A DNA stretch of 64,000 bases from a virus: the IMG/VR virus record IMGVR_UViG_3300021142_000012, positions 44,266 to 108,265 of that record; one strand, given 5' to 3'. The position numbers were made by a program, and so were the translations under genes. Below the pieces are notes generated by a model that saw only the letters and a list, made by a program, of their open reading frames with translations, had not been told where the DNA came from and searched no databases. The first letter of the stretch is position 1, and every line of letters begins with the position of its first letter. Below are positions 42,101 to 49,094 of this stretch, piece after piece.

Positions 42101-43303
42101 TGTAGCACTAGCTGTAATAACATCCTTATGGAACCAACGATTATATCTTGACCAAGCATTATGATCCTGAGATGATCGATTAATTAATATGTAATCTTTA
42201 ATACTTGCAAATCCGCTAGCATCAGCGAACGGTCTGGCGTCAAATGGTGTTGTATCAAACAATACTGCTTCATTTGTAGTATAGGGGCTAACAACTTCTA
42301 AAGTTGTTTCTTTAATTAACTTAATAGCTACACCAACACCTTCAACATAATAATTACCGGTAGCGTATTCAGCTGGGACTACATTGCCCTCAAAGCGAAC
42401 TTTCATGCCGTTACTTAATGAAACACCGCTAGGTAATGTATAAGTTTTTTTACCTAAAATATCAGCAGTTACATTAAGGTCTGTATTTTCAGTTATATCA
42501 TAAATTTCAAATACGCCGCCAAGGTCTGGATCTCGGTTACTAACATAATATAAAATATTTGGAGCATCCGATGTAACTCTAAATGTAATGGTTCCAACTT
42601 CAACAGCATTACCAGATAATCCGCTAGGTGGAGTATAGTAGTCAATGACACCACCATCACGCACAGTTTTAATAGTAAACGGATTACCAGGGCTATTAAT
42701 TTCAAACGTATATGTTTGGCCGCGATATAACTTGATTGTTGGATTTGGAGTTAACCCATCAGGTGTAAACACATATTGATTATTACCGTGTTCATCCTGT
42801 GTTACTACACTTACAAATGTGCTAGAGATGCTGTTTTGTTGTCCGGCAATTGCAATCGTATCAGGGCCGTAAGGCAACCAATAGTAGTCGCTAAAGTTTA
42901 CAAATTTGTCCCAATCAATATGTGGACTCCAAGAATACATTTCTTGTTTGTTTAATCGAGCATGATTAAGAGTGTTACTACCAAATACATTTAATTGATT
43001 AATATAATCTTGATAATCTTTAAAAAATGTTGTGTTGCCTAGCGTATCCTGTACAGTTAGTCCAGGTTCTAATTGATAATTTTGTCTTGTTTGATCAGCG
43101 GCATCAACAAAAATATCTGTTCCTGTAGATGCTTTTGCATTTTCGCGGCCAATGTATCCACTAATCTTATTGACTGTTCCGGGCTGTATTAATTGATCAA
43201 TTGTCGCTTGGATAAATTTCTTATTAGCGTCGGACTGATAGATTCGCGGAATTAGATCCGACCCTTGACTAGTTGTTGTACTAGGGATTATATTATCAGC
43301 CAT
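27170..43303 (-). CDS. Giant 5,377-aa baseplate wedge/adhesin-like virion protein
   Basis: Directly follows the gp6-like gene; FG-GAP-like xVGAPG blades, CBM5/12-like W..Y..GD.V.Y repeats, GSGY..P.V repeats. Confidence 0.75.
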   Translation of the reverse strand: MADNIIPSTTTSQGSDLIPRIYQSDANKKFIQATIDQLIQPGTVNKISGYIGRENAKASTGTDIFVDAADQTRQNYQLEPGLTVQDTLGNTTFFKDYQDYINQLNVFGSNTLNHARLNKQEMYSWSPHIDWDKFVNFSDYYWLPYGPDTIAIAGQQNSISSTFVSVVTQDEHGNNQYVFTPDGLTPNPTIKLYRGQTYTFEINSPGNPFTIKTVRDGGVIDYYTPPSGLSGNAVEVGTITFRVTSDAPNILYYVSNRDPDLGGVFEIYDITENTDLNVTADILGKKTYTLPSGVSLSNGMKVRFEGNVVPAEYATGNYYVEGVGVAIKLIKETTLEVVSPYTTNEAVLFDTTPFDARPFADASGFASIKDYILINRSSQDHNAWSRYNRWFHKDVITASATINGNVPELNQESRAIRPIIEFEADLKLFNFGNVAIDDDIDVIDTVTTDAMSNIEGAVGYIVDGVPLVQGHRVLFIADTDVLVKNQVFTVDFIIVGAQRQIHLVPTQTPIENNTILVKSGNLNQSKMYWYNGSTWVAGQQKTRTNQAPLFDIVDNNKVSFSDPTAYLGSTFKGTTIFSYGVGTGSNDVALGFPLAYKNIDNIGDIVFNFTLATDSFTYKTTSDVFTINIDTGYLVKTGYTQQLSYVNGWKTCAVPTIQAAVRIYKNSNILNDFPLDIFDNITNLNDLVVHVYVDGYRVDPSLWSIHNGTVYKQIHFIYPPLPTQIVTIKAYAAQPINSNGYYEIPVNLQNNPFNNTISNFTLGEVIDHVSSIVDNSLTFVGSYPGAGNLRDIGDSTAYGTKFVQHSGPLSLGLYHISTEANNIIKAIEKSRDDYQSFKRNFITAATNLGIDADPVVQVNTILQRINQDKAKTGPYYFSDMAAYGAAIRRDLKVVDYRIQNYPLSNPFSLDKLSTKSVLVYHNNVQLLYGRDYTFDPQGFVVITATLANGDIITTYEYENTNGSFIPETPTKLGLWPKYQPKIYLETNLITPTLVIQGHDGSQVAAFGDYRDAIILELEMRIYNNIKAKYDSEIFDIHDLIPSYNRTNDYSLTEFNEALAPNFYKWVGNIGRDFTKPASYDRNNPLTFNYRGHYAPDGRDIPGYWRGIYRWIYDTDRPSEAPWEMLGFTDQPTWWITLYGPAPYTNDNLVMWQDIAAGLVKDPSGAPYVITKFVRPYLLAHIPVDDQGNVINPYLAGVAQGVNTNLTDADYVFGDVGPVEAAWRRSSHYAFSVIRTALVLQPAKTFGVLLDRSRIVRNLAGQLVYSNTGLRIRPTDIQLPNIYSSTSVSSTAGLINYLVNYILSDTLLSYKSYQYDLKNMVAKLSYRVGAFTSKEKFNLLLDSRTPLSTGSIFVPQENYTIILNSSSPVKKITYSAVIVNKLSDRFEVTGYSQTEPYFKYYPYLGSGATVNIGGISEGYVVWTAYQQYISGQVVSYNKQFYRVISTHTTETTFQIKYYSLLGSLPIVGGVDAIIRTKWDRNNPITVPYGTDFLTIQEVVDFLLGYGEYLKDQGFIFDNFNGNLAAVTNWETSAKEFIFWTTQNWSTGQDKWADWIPNQPVAYQAIVKYNGDYYQAIQLVAPSASFDYTKYVKLDGLSGVGSSVISLSPAADSITFSSTLSVADSIQNKFNTYEIFKVDGTPLEPNFINLYRKDNATTYKTTTADGIYGASFYLIQKEQIILLDNSTLFNDTIYNPETGYRQERIKVSGYVSTNWYGGFDIPGFIYDQAIIQNWSAWQDYALGDVVKYKEYYYTADQRVVGSEKFNIKAADGTVNWVQLAAKPTAKLLPNWNYKASQFTDFYSLDSDNFDASQQKVAQHLIGYQKRQYLDNIIQDDVSEFKFFQGMIREKGTQNVLNKLFNVLSADNLESLTFYEEWAVRLGEYGASKAYENIEFILDESLFKTNPQGFELDETLSPPYNDLIIRQVPTDIYLKPMGYNSNPWPLVNNYRSFLRTAGFVRTSEVKVTLAHLSDITSQDITNFYSGDYIWIGFEGVSWNVYRMTLANINIVNITYSQNQLIITSDSDHSLLAGEYIGIKEVTGFAGFYQIVAVDNVTITVSAPNLANPPAVPFTEQHRAIIFILTSNRATTINSGDQRLLQDIKKGELVWVDSATFNGEKLWSVWQNIPVYNLSEIDYGYPSDGLGLGRSATLSQDGLLLISMTNAGQILVWDKPITSATSWTQRESIAIPTIANNDSFGGNPNASSIIGEVLALSYDKTWLAVGSPAASYAASHWKGSWSQSSTYSTKDIISYNGIYYQATQNVTTNTPPVVTATARGTVVYANISASVVGTTGTWYSVNYSPTTAFTAVQRIVVNGTTGLYVGQTVSGIGIPTATIISTVVINSNNTATLTLSNAVTSITATTVITFGGALVTIGSNSVFQTTSLVVNSTVGIIPGMLVQGEGITAATLVLSIDATNKIIILDTPTYGQPTGKILFGANTIAVSSSTQGLLIGNQMTVIGVNIPTGATLTGSTLNSAGNSYILFLSQQVTGTVSGTGTFATIAKQTTATSGSNTITVSNNTNILVGQSVTGLGIPTGTTVTGINGTAIGISSSTTGVVNSVVVFGLNQISVSSVVGNIAALQQVIGVGIPALTTVVNVNGATVFLNTNITQTVYGTLQFQGGSTYWTIIEYIPVDSTGTNSSLTAQGAVSIYKKDSNNIFTLVDTILSPNPISNERFGASLAFVNHASATGQSAYSLFVGAPGANSGVGKVYQFKYENAIQTTAGYNASSSSDSSVISVIVTNAGSGYTTNPTVNIAASTVSGSIPAKATSIIGLISINIISTGAGYHVNDLLTVVGGTYSQAATIRVASIGTNGTITSAVIYNPGAYTVAATVAPSIGHTPLTKNVPVTGGNGTSASFDLFFGVVSIAVVIPGSGYDKKALPLVTFSSTTGTGASAYATIGSTIGVSDTTNIVPGMLVSNATTINGVASIGNAFTSSQTVTQILQNPLYPTVRAGSVVISAAPDITPTGILYFTIPGWAYDSSFSAPTVDSNNQPISLYGFGSSLATNTSGIGNSLVISAPGTVVNSGATLVTTPGAAIVFRFNTATLSWTQSQIITGKTYGYATSVALSTYGGSLTLQAGQSQTFVEYLAIGSPLDGTGNVQIFYYDTASSQFLSYQSLFNIKPKNQGQFGYKLAFGYFSDTLVVYSNNADAQITTTFDKGNTVFDSNATRFRHTESNSGSIAVYDADTATGTKFTIGEILENATSSNSKYGQSIAIGTYNIVVGAPSATITAVLNNCSIVGTILTVGSVTTGQVVVGMTLAGAGLAPGTTIVSGNSGRYLVSISQTVSNIIITGTSTIANGKLFEYTKPANTFAWNPIHLEEPKIDISKIKRAFIYDRSTNQVLTYLDVIDPIQGRIPGPADQEIKYKSFNDPAIYSQGDSTVNVRPGMAWTSAQVGQLWWDLSTAKFIDSHDVDVAYRTSNWSTLFPGASIDIYEWVGTTYTPDRWNSLADTDAGLTQGISGQTLYNTSIYSVVTKYDNISNSAKNTYYFWVKNKTTVPNVLGRSVSAQSVSNLIANPRGEGYKFLALTGPNSFALANVKTLLKNTDAVLSVEYWTIDKPTQRNIHRQYAIISNDPTTQLPARIEEKWIDSLCGKDATDREVPDTSLPPKLRYGIEFQPRQSMFLNRFEALKQVIEQTNLVMAANQIAEQKNIAPLDTYETEPNIILGEYDAVKDTDTELSYINIGNFVTPKLTPIIVDGKITGINIVTAGSGYLQAPYISVIGSGDGAVLRATIDSTTGAITGATVIAAGEGYDSNTLLTTRTYSILVHQDTQAGGSWSIYGYDITTQTWSRVRTQSYDVRKYRTYIDWYATGFNQNSSPTLAVDTFTDLATISPAIGDTVKVKNNNKGGWTLLQKYANSTSIDYTQSYNVIGIENGTVQFSSALYEFTDTVYGYDGSLYDGNNFDLTATKELRIILNTIKNNILIDDLRKNYLDLFFYNVRYAFSEQTELDWIFKTSFIKAEHNVGSLNQPVTYQPDNLSNFEDYINEVKPYRSKIREYVSNYNSIELDQNMITDFDLPGTYANGLFQGINTGFSNGVITSDNNLITTYPWKNWLDNVGFSVVDLKIVDGGSGYISEPTVEFTSPVGAGAKARAFIANGKVNRIELTNVDQYGASGKGYLAAPTVTLNGGYDVSGTPAKVVAIIGNSVIRTNTIGIKFDRITQNYLITGLTHTETFTGTGSRVQFALAWAPNISIGNSTVTITMPGSKHATPVLRDLYTLAITSDTSRGYTNYYGTVTFITAPANGATITVNYQTDWSLLNAADRIQFLYNPQSGQQGKDLAQLMTGIDYGGVVVDAIGFEINSGWGSLPYYSDKWDSIDSTSTDYVVQVAANTHSFTLPYTPTAGTLLNVYYSQLYTENYTSDGATLQYTYNPRDIAPTITVTASSALGTAHSISGSTYLSNHAGSNVISLASTVGIFVNDSVTISPYVANNIALNTQVTAILNSTDVQISQILYTDIAGGSTVAFTRPLTVLTQLNPFGKGLITLNTPIATGSVLSISSYLQPIRLDDANFGTSGQTNSTAIMQTITADGISNTVVIPNTFTVNSNDKFFIRQSTSDGSFAPQQADYDTALTGGDLAYSSATGLAADDILVDGDQFVTPTTSPAPEEVVPGQVVDAVAIKVFEKPLNGAATIKVDNHIADGITTQFSMAQTPNSKNAVIVKTVTQGVSQIMTVIDDYTVDYRNNEILFNNPPAAGAMISIFNIGFSGANILDIDHFVGDGVTTEFITKSNYVIPNTSLVYIDGTAQSNVAYQLFETDKTYVLANLIGLRFASPPAFGALISYVIVSGSQQTFAVTKKEKIIPNGSATYTLQYPIGNTVPVEKSMIVRVDNKILTPPSLSYFKLANNKLNYTIDNTKFPPFTANATDFIITINNILLKPGVDYSIDLSGVTIKITKVIYNLYAGSTLSISISTGAGYTYNSTTGQITFAQNYDAGHIIEVMSSYNHDILDMQTTTVNNNPALSYTPDTIQFYNYKAIANGTILLDRPVVDSDYVWLEQNGNLLSPNIDYIVLSDKQTLQMAKFPAPNDKLVVLTFGNNVLTSGVAYMQFKDMLNRVVFKRLNANKQTNLAVDLYPTDLTITVVDASTFDLPSPANNKPGIIEIRGERIEFFTVTGNVLGQLRRGTLGTGVAMVHRAGATVQEIGASETIPYQDTITTSQIISDGTSIVPLSFTPKKASTLWTYASGFTSSVPVGYGASNELDVFVGGYNSVDWAPGVAYNVGDIVNFASYQYKCIVANTSSTNFNNDAAKWSYFIGNIRLKKNPYTVYNVNKAPTSPEGDVQFDAEFAVDGTTNSLRLTTPITAGTRVTIVKRTGQIWDSTVNIQEDNGPYATFIKAVPGAWYTGYNQHQIVSIDSAAITDDNTNITIDQG

Positions 43304-46300
43304 TTGTTGATCCGTATGTTGAACTTGTAATTACTTGACTTGTTGCATTAGTTGTTACTGCTGTACCTGCAATTGATTTGATTCCTGTAGCTGTGATATC
43401 TGTAATAATATCTATATCGCTAACAGTTGCCGTGCTTATGAATAATTCATTGCTAGCACTGGTTATTTCAAATAAACTACCAAAACTTAAACCACCTAGC
43501 CTTGGGACGATTACGAAACTAGAAATATCTGGAGCCATCTGTGTCATCACATAAGTTGCCATTTCTGTAAAATAAAAAGTATCTCCAAAATCCCAATTAC
43601 CTAAACTAAAATAATCATTAATAGCTGTAATAATTCGAGATTTAATATCGTTATCACTTAATACTTCGCTTGAATTTTTGATTACTTTAAATGATGCTTG
43701 TAATTCTGCAGGAGCAGTTTGTCCAAATAAAGTTTTATATTGTACTGAATGATATATGATTTCATCAGACAAACTCTTAATCAAATTAAGATTAGGCGAT
43801 AATAAATCATATAACTCATCAGTTCCTGGAGGCAACGGCTGGGTAGTTGATACCCCAGCTATCCACTGCCTAAATGCAGTATCATAATTGTTTGTTAATA
43901 CATAAACGTCAACAATGTTACTTGCACCGGGATCGATCCTACTTTCATAATCTGCATTATGGATATATTGAAATTTTAAATTATCTCGGCCTACATAAAC
44001 TTTATAATCTAATGTAGGCACGAGTGTAGCTGTAGCTAGATTTAATTTCTTAACAACATTAGTATCTTGGAAGTAAAAATATTGTCCATCAGTATATTGT
44101 GTAAGTTGGCCAACACTTGCTTGACTTGGCATGATCATTACAGTTGGATTTGCAGGATCATTATATGCATACCGATAATCTTCTTGCCCTTGTGCTATAG
44201 TATATTTTTGTTCTATAATGTAAGTAGTCAGATTAAATATTACTTGTGCAACATTTAAATTAGTTGAATTAGGCACACTTAATCCAATAGTACTACCATT
44301 AACTGATGTAACTGTAGCGTAATTGCCGATGCCTTGTCCTGTTACAGTCATTCCAGTAACAATACCAGTTGGATCTTGGACTAAAATTGTAGATTGTAAA
44401 ATAATACCGGTAGCATATGTCTGCACCACTGGTGTAACTAAATCTAAAAATAGTTGCGGATTATCTACTGTAGAATTAACTTCAGATGCTGTAAATCCTA
44501 TAACTAGTTTACTATTATCTACATAGCCGTCAAGGCCTTTCCATTCTTCTACAATATTCCAGTTATAGTCTTGACCGAATGGTATACGATCATTGGGCTT
44601 TTGATTTATGCTTAAAACACTGATAGTATCTTGTACAATCATGTTGTTAATACTATCATAAATTTTCTTGCTAGAATCAAAATAGAAACTAATTTGTGCC
44701 GCACTTTCGAACACATATCTGCTAGCACGATTAGTAATTGTATATGTCACATTATCTGTGGTGAATAATAACAACCAGCTGGAATCTTGATTTTGATTAG
44801 TTATGTCGCCTTGCTTGCCAAGACTAAATGCACTGACCCTGTCTAAATTACTTTCGTAAATAATTTGCCATGTCTGTGTAAATGCATCGTAACGCAGACC
44901 AAATGCCATGTTAGCGTAAATTAAATCAATCATCGCAGTAACTACTGAAGGAGTAATACTAGTAGTCCAAGGCGGAATAATTTGAGAAATTATTGGCGTA
45001 GCAATTATTGATCCTGCACTGTTAGTCAATGCCGGCAACGGTTTATTTAAGGTAACCGGACCTAATCCTGTAGACAATACAGTTGATCCAGTTGATGCAT
45101 ATGCAGCAGTGCCATCATCAACAACTAGCGATACTTCGGCCCAAATGTAAAGCAATGCTGAAGGAGGTAATGTAGCACCTAGTGTATATGGTGTAAGTGT
45201 GTTGGCGTTATTAGAATCAAAATAGTATCCAGAGGGTGGCACAAATTTTATAAGACTGCCAACTTGGAAATATTTTAGATCTGTTGCCGTAAATTGTCCT
45301 AGGCGTAATGGAATTTTTGTAATGGCATCACCGATATAACCAGTACCGGAAATTGAATCTGTTGTCTCTTGATACCATGCATAGTTAGCACTAGTCTGTA
45401 TTGTATTAATGTAGTTACTGTAGTAGTAATTCTTTAAATTATTATTAGCTAGAATATCATATACATTATTATAGATAACATCATAGATGTCAGTTTTTGT
45501 TAGATATGAAAATAAAAATGTCGAGCTATAAACTTCATTAAAAAGAACACCGTCTGTACCAAACAGCGTAGTTGAACCATACTTACCTGTTGGATCTGTA
45601 AGATCAAAATAACGACTAATTCCGCTGCTTGTTCTGTTAATGGCTTTAACTTTAGCAACTTGGGTACTAGCACTTAGTGGGCTAATGTTATAGTCCTCTG
45701 CCGTGATCATTCTATTTTGTGTATAGTAAGTCTGCGGAGCATTAGTTTTAATACTATCGTTTGATTCTGCGGCTGCTGCGTTAGAAACTCCTACTGTCAA
45801 TCCCATCGTAATAGATAAGTTTTGAGTTTGACCGGCAGCGTTAATATACGGTACTGCTATTGTAACACTCTTTATATCTGCTGTACTGATTGTATATGCA
45901 AGCCCGTTACTTACGCGATAGTATGCTCTAAAATTACCGAGTGGTAAATTACCAAATGTACCATCACTAAATTGCACACTAACTTGATCATTTACTCTAC
46001 TGATCACAGCATATATGTTTTTAATATTTTTATTTAGACTATTATAAATTACATTATTGCCCGACAATGATGGGATCTGTGTCCAATATTCTGACTCATT
46101 GCCGTTGTTGTCTAGACGATATAACCAGACATCTGAATCGTTAATATTATTTGCATCAATATCAATACTTTGATTACTACTTGGTTGACTTATGTTAAAC
46201 ACACCTTGATTTAATGTGCCCTGTGTAAAATTAAAGAAGAATCCGTTGGCAGAACTTCCAGGTCCATGCCCATCATCTTTATAAACACAAGCTAGTGTAT

Positions 46301-47000
46301 TTCCAACCTCTGGCGGCTCTTCATAGATATATGATTGTCCTTTGAATGTTGTACTAGTAACTTCAAATGCCATTGACCGTCCTGCTACTGTTTTTGTAAA
46401 GCTATAAACAGGTACACCGGAAATAGCACTATTAATTCTATATTGTTGAGTCGGTATTCCATAGATATTCGCAGAAGCTGCTGGGCTACCAAATTGCTGT
46501 GTACTCGGAAATGCTGCATTTATAACTCTAATAAATTGATCATACCAATTAGTATTACTTGAATCGTTCCAAACAATTGGCTGGCCGCCAAGGTTTCTGC
46601 CGTTAGCATCTGTTATATTTTCATCTGTAGTAATACTAGTAACTTTTAATAGACCGCTTGCAGCAGTATTGCGCTTGGCATTATAACTGATCATGCGAGC
46701 AAGACGTAGGATACTATCTCTGCGTTCGCTTAGTTCTAAGAAGTTATCACGAGCATTTAAATCAACGCGGAAAGCTATGCTTTGGCCCAAGAATGCTATC
46801 AAATCTATTAGGGCAAGGTATTCGCTAGACTCAACATAATCGTTAAAATCTTCTGGATAATTCGTACGAATATAATCAATCATCGTGCGACGCAGATTTT
46901 CAAAGTCGTAGCTAGTGAAGTCGGCATTGCGGAAAGATTGATAAATCTTCTTCCAATCTTGGGCTAGTAATAGCCTATTCTGTCTTGTAGTTACACTCAT
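43296..47000 (-). CDS. gp6: Baseplate wedge subunit, T4 gp6-like
   Basis: DFENLR...FNDY.ESS..LIDLIAF...FL..ERRDSILRLA..I.Y; QFSDGTFG; ES..SIK.NAP..Y.TQNRMITAEDY. Confidence 0.85.
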   Translation of the reverse strand: MSVTTRQNRLLLAQDWKKIYQSFRNADFTSYDFENLRRTMIDYIRTNYPEDFNDYVESSEYLALIDLIAFLGQSIAFRVDLNARDNFLELSERRDSILRLARMISYNAKRNTAASGLLKVTSITTDENITDANGRNLGGQPIVWNDSSNTNWYDQFIRVINAAFPSTQQFGSPAASANIYGIPTQQYRINSAISGVPVYSFTKTVAGRSMAFEVTSTTFKGQSYIYEEPPEVGNTLACVYKDDGHGPGSSANGFFFNFTQGTLNQGVFNISQPSSNQSIDIDANNINDSDVWLYRLDNNGNESEYWTQIPSLSGNNVIYNSLNKNIKNIYAVISRVNDQVSVQFSDGTFGNLPLGNFRAYYRVSNGLAYTISTADIKSVTIAVPYINAAGQTQNLSITMGLTVGVSNAAAAESNDSIKTNAPQTYYTQNRMITAEDYNISPLSASTQVAKVKAINRTSSGISRYFDLTDPTGKYGSTTLFGTDGVLFNEVYSSTFLFSYLTKTDIYDVIYNNVYDILANNNLKNYYYSNYINTIQTSANYAWYQETTDSISGTGYIGDAITKIPLRLGQFTATDLKYFQVGSLIKFVPPSGYYFDSNNANTLTPYTLGATLPPSALLYIWAEVSLVVDDGTAAYASTGSTVLSTGLGPVTLNKPLPALTNSAGSIIATPIISQIIPPWTTSITPSVVTAMIDLIYANMAFGLRYDAFTQTWQIIYESNLDRVSAFSLGKQGDITNQNQDSSWLLLFTTDNVTYTITNRASRYVFESAAQISFYFDSSKKIYDSINNMIVQDTISVLSINQKPNDRIPFGQDYNWNIVEEWKGLDGYVDNSKLVIGFTASEVNSTVDNPQLFLDLVTPVVQTYATGIILQSTILVQDPTGIVTGMTVTGQGIGNYATVTSVNGSTIGLSVPNSTNLNVAQVIFNLTTYIIEQKYTIAQGQEDYRYAYNDPANPTVMIMPSQASVGQLTQYTDGQYFYFQDTNVVKKLNLATATLVPTLDYKVYVGRDNLKFQYIHNADYESRIDPGASNIVDVYVLTNNYDTAFRQWIAGVSTTQPLPPGTDELYDLLSPNLNLIKSLSDEIIYHSVQYKTLFGQTAPAELQASFKVIKNSSEVLSDNDIKSRIITAINDYFSLGNWDFGDTFYFTEMATYVMTQMAPDISSFVIVPRLGGLSFGSLFEITSASNELFISTATVSDIDIITDITATGIKSIAGTAVTTNATSQVITSSTYGSTNG

Positions 47001-47018
47001 GAATTATCCCTATATGTG

Positions 47019-47025
47019 TATTTAT
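47019..47025 (-). promoter_or_regulatory. T4-type late promoter
   Basis: Minus strand ATAAATA upstream of gp6-like gene. Confidence 0.6.
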
Positions 47026-47047
47026 TTTGTATAATAATCTACGTATT

Positions 47048-47491
47048 TTATTGTGTTATCAATCCGTTAGCTTGATCGAACTGTATCTGCAGAGTCTGCT
47101 GTAGATTATAAGTTATGTAGGTTAATTTTAGTTCTATTTGTATTCCGCTTTCGTAAGGGGTAACTAAGATCTGATCAGCACGCACTCGAGGTTCATTGGA
47201 TACTATTTGCTGTATATTTTGTAGGATAAGATTTTTAAGACCATCTGTTAGAGGCTCAAATAATAGATCCCATATAATACACCCGTAGGTAGGATTCATT
47301 AGACGCTCACCTTGGCGTATATAAAAATTATTCAGTAAATCTTGTTTAACTAACTGAAAATCATACAATGCATAATTCTCTGTATCGGGACTTATTGTGC
47401 TAAATCCGCGATATTGCTGTATAATATTTTGATCATTATTTTTAGCATTAGTTAGTGCTATTTTATTATAAAGGTTAGCTGGGGCACTCAT
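47048..47491 (-). CDS. gp25: Baseplate wedge subunit, gp25-like
   Basis: GERLMNPTYGC...LLFEP...EPRV. Confidence 0.9.
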   Translation of the reverse strand: MSAPANLYNKIALTNAKNNDQNIIQQYRGFSTISPDTENYALYDFQLVKQDLLNNFYIRQGERLMNPTYGCIIWDLLFEPLTDGLKNLILQNIQQIVSNEPRVRADQILVTPYESGIQIELKLTYITYNLQQTLQIQFDQANGLITQ

Positions 47492-47493
47492 AA

Positions 47494-49092
47494 TTATGAT
47501 CCTTTCCTAAATGTGTCAACTGTAGTAGTATAGTTGTTGTATGCTTTTGGTGTTGCTATATTTCCAGCAACTTCCCTATCTGTTTTAGCCGATGAGAATG
47601 ACATCGGATCTAAGTTTTCGTGATGCGCATATGGCTCATGCACTGGAATACGTTTTAATATACTAGCTACAGTAATACCCGGATTAGTATATGTTGTTAA
47701 TGCTACTGCTTTTGTTGCAGCAGTAGCAGTTGCGGTTACTGCTGCTGTTCCACCACCAGCTGGTAACGAAAAATATCCGGCAGCATTTTGTGTATATCTT
47801 CCGCCAGCTTTTATATTAGTATCTGCGGCAGATGTTAGATTAATTTTTCCGGTACTATTAATATTTGTATCTTTAGCAGAAGTAAAATTATTAAGTCCGG
47901 TAGTATTAACTTGTAAATTGCCAGTAGTTGTGATAACTCCGTCCTTGGCTATGATTAAATTAAAATTAGCTTTTGTTTCAGCTTGTATGCGGCCAGTGGC
48001 TTTCATATTAATATTACGACCAGCTTCTATATTAACATCACGGCTAGCATGAAAATTCATATCAGCATCAGTATGTACACTAATACTATCTTTTGCATAG
48101 ATATCAATTTTACCGTTGCTGGTTAATTCAATCCAGGTTGTTCCAGAAGCATTTCCAATGTAAATTAAATCTTCTGAATTATGCATTAGGATTTGATGCC
48201 CGGTACGTGTGCGAATACGTACTAATTCATTATGAGGAATCGTTACCATTCCCGATGGTCTTGTATTATCGGCTAGCCCCTCAATCGATTCATACACCGG
48301 AGGCCCTGAGCTAGCAGAAGTCATTCTTAAAAATTTGTCATCGCCGTCGTCCATGACAAATGTAGCTCCGCCGAGTCGGCTTACTGGAACGTTTTGTGCA
48401 GGACTATCTGCTTTACCTACTTCACCTCTTTGAGCATTAGGTTGTTTGTCTATCGGGCCCGGAGTGGATATGCCAAACACCATACTTGGTATTTCTCTAC
48501 GAGCACTACTAGTTGTAATACCTCTGATATCATCTTTGATTAACCCCTGGGTATTGAGAATTTCTGCAAACGGATGAGTTGGTTTAGGAATTTTAGTTGC
48601 ATCAAGAGAACTTGCACTATTAACAACTTTATTATATTCTGCTACTGGTGCACGAGTATATTTTCCCTCGACATTAAATTCAGTGGCAGCTAATCCTGGT
48701 ACTGAAAAATTAGCATCCTCAGGAGGAACGCATCCTATCCAGAAAGGTTGAGCTGCATCACCGTTAACAAAAATAACCATTACTGTTGCGCCAACGTCCG
48801 GAGGAATCATCCACATACCATAACTCTTTTGTGTATTGTTATAGTCGTTGGCATTGTCGCGAATAAACTGATCACCGGTTGATCCAAAGAATGGACTCAT
48901 CATGCGAGCTTTAAATGTTTGTCCGGTGGAGCTGTCATTGCCTGTTGGTTTGATTAGTTGTACTTCGAGTACACCCATATAGTTTGGTTCAAAATGTCCA
49001 ACTACCTTGGCTAGATACGGGCCTGCGTTGATTACCGCATCATTACTAGGTAAATTAGCTGTGTAGTCTTGACTGTTAAATGTTCCGCTCAT
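47494..49092 (-). CDS. Baseplate central spike, gp5/VgrG-like
   Basis: N-terminal OB-fold (PPDVGATVMVIF...PFWIG), RTGHQI, beta-helix repeats, His-rich tip HEPYAHHE; no lysozyme domain visible. Confidence 0.75.
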   Translation of the reverse strand: MSGTFNSQDYTANLPSNDAVINAGPYLAKVVGHFEPNYMGVLEVQLIKPTGNDSSTGQTFKARMMSPFFGSTGDQFIRDNANDYNNTQKSYGMWMIPPDVGATVMVIFVNGDAAQPFWIGCVPPEDANFSVPGLAATEFNVEGKYTRAPVAEYNKVVNSASSLDATKIPKPTHPFAEILNTQGLIKDDIRGITTSSARREIPSMVFGISTPGPIDKQPNAQRGEVGKADSPAQNVPVSRLGGATFVMDDGDDKFLRMTSASSGPPVYESIEGLADNTRPSGMVTIPHNELVRIRTRTGHQILMHNSEDLIYIGNASGTTWIELTSNGKIDIYAKDSISVHTDADMNFHASRDVNIEAGRNINMKATGRIQAETKANFNLIIAKDGVITTTGNLQVNTTGLNNFTSAKDTNINSTGKINLTSAADTNIKAGGRYTQNAAGYFSLPAGGGTAAVTATATAATKAVALTTYTNPGITVASILKRIPVHEPYAHHENLDPMSFSSAKTDREVAGNIATPKAYNNYTTTVDTFRKGS

Positions 49093-49094
49093 AA

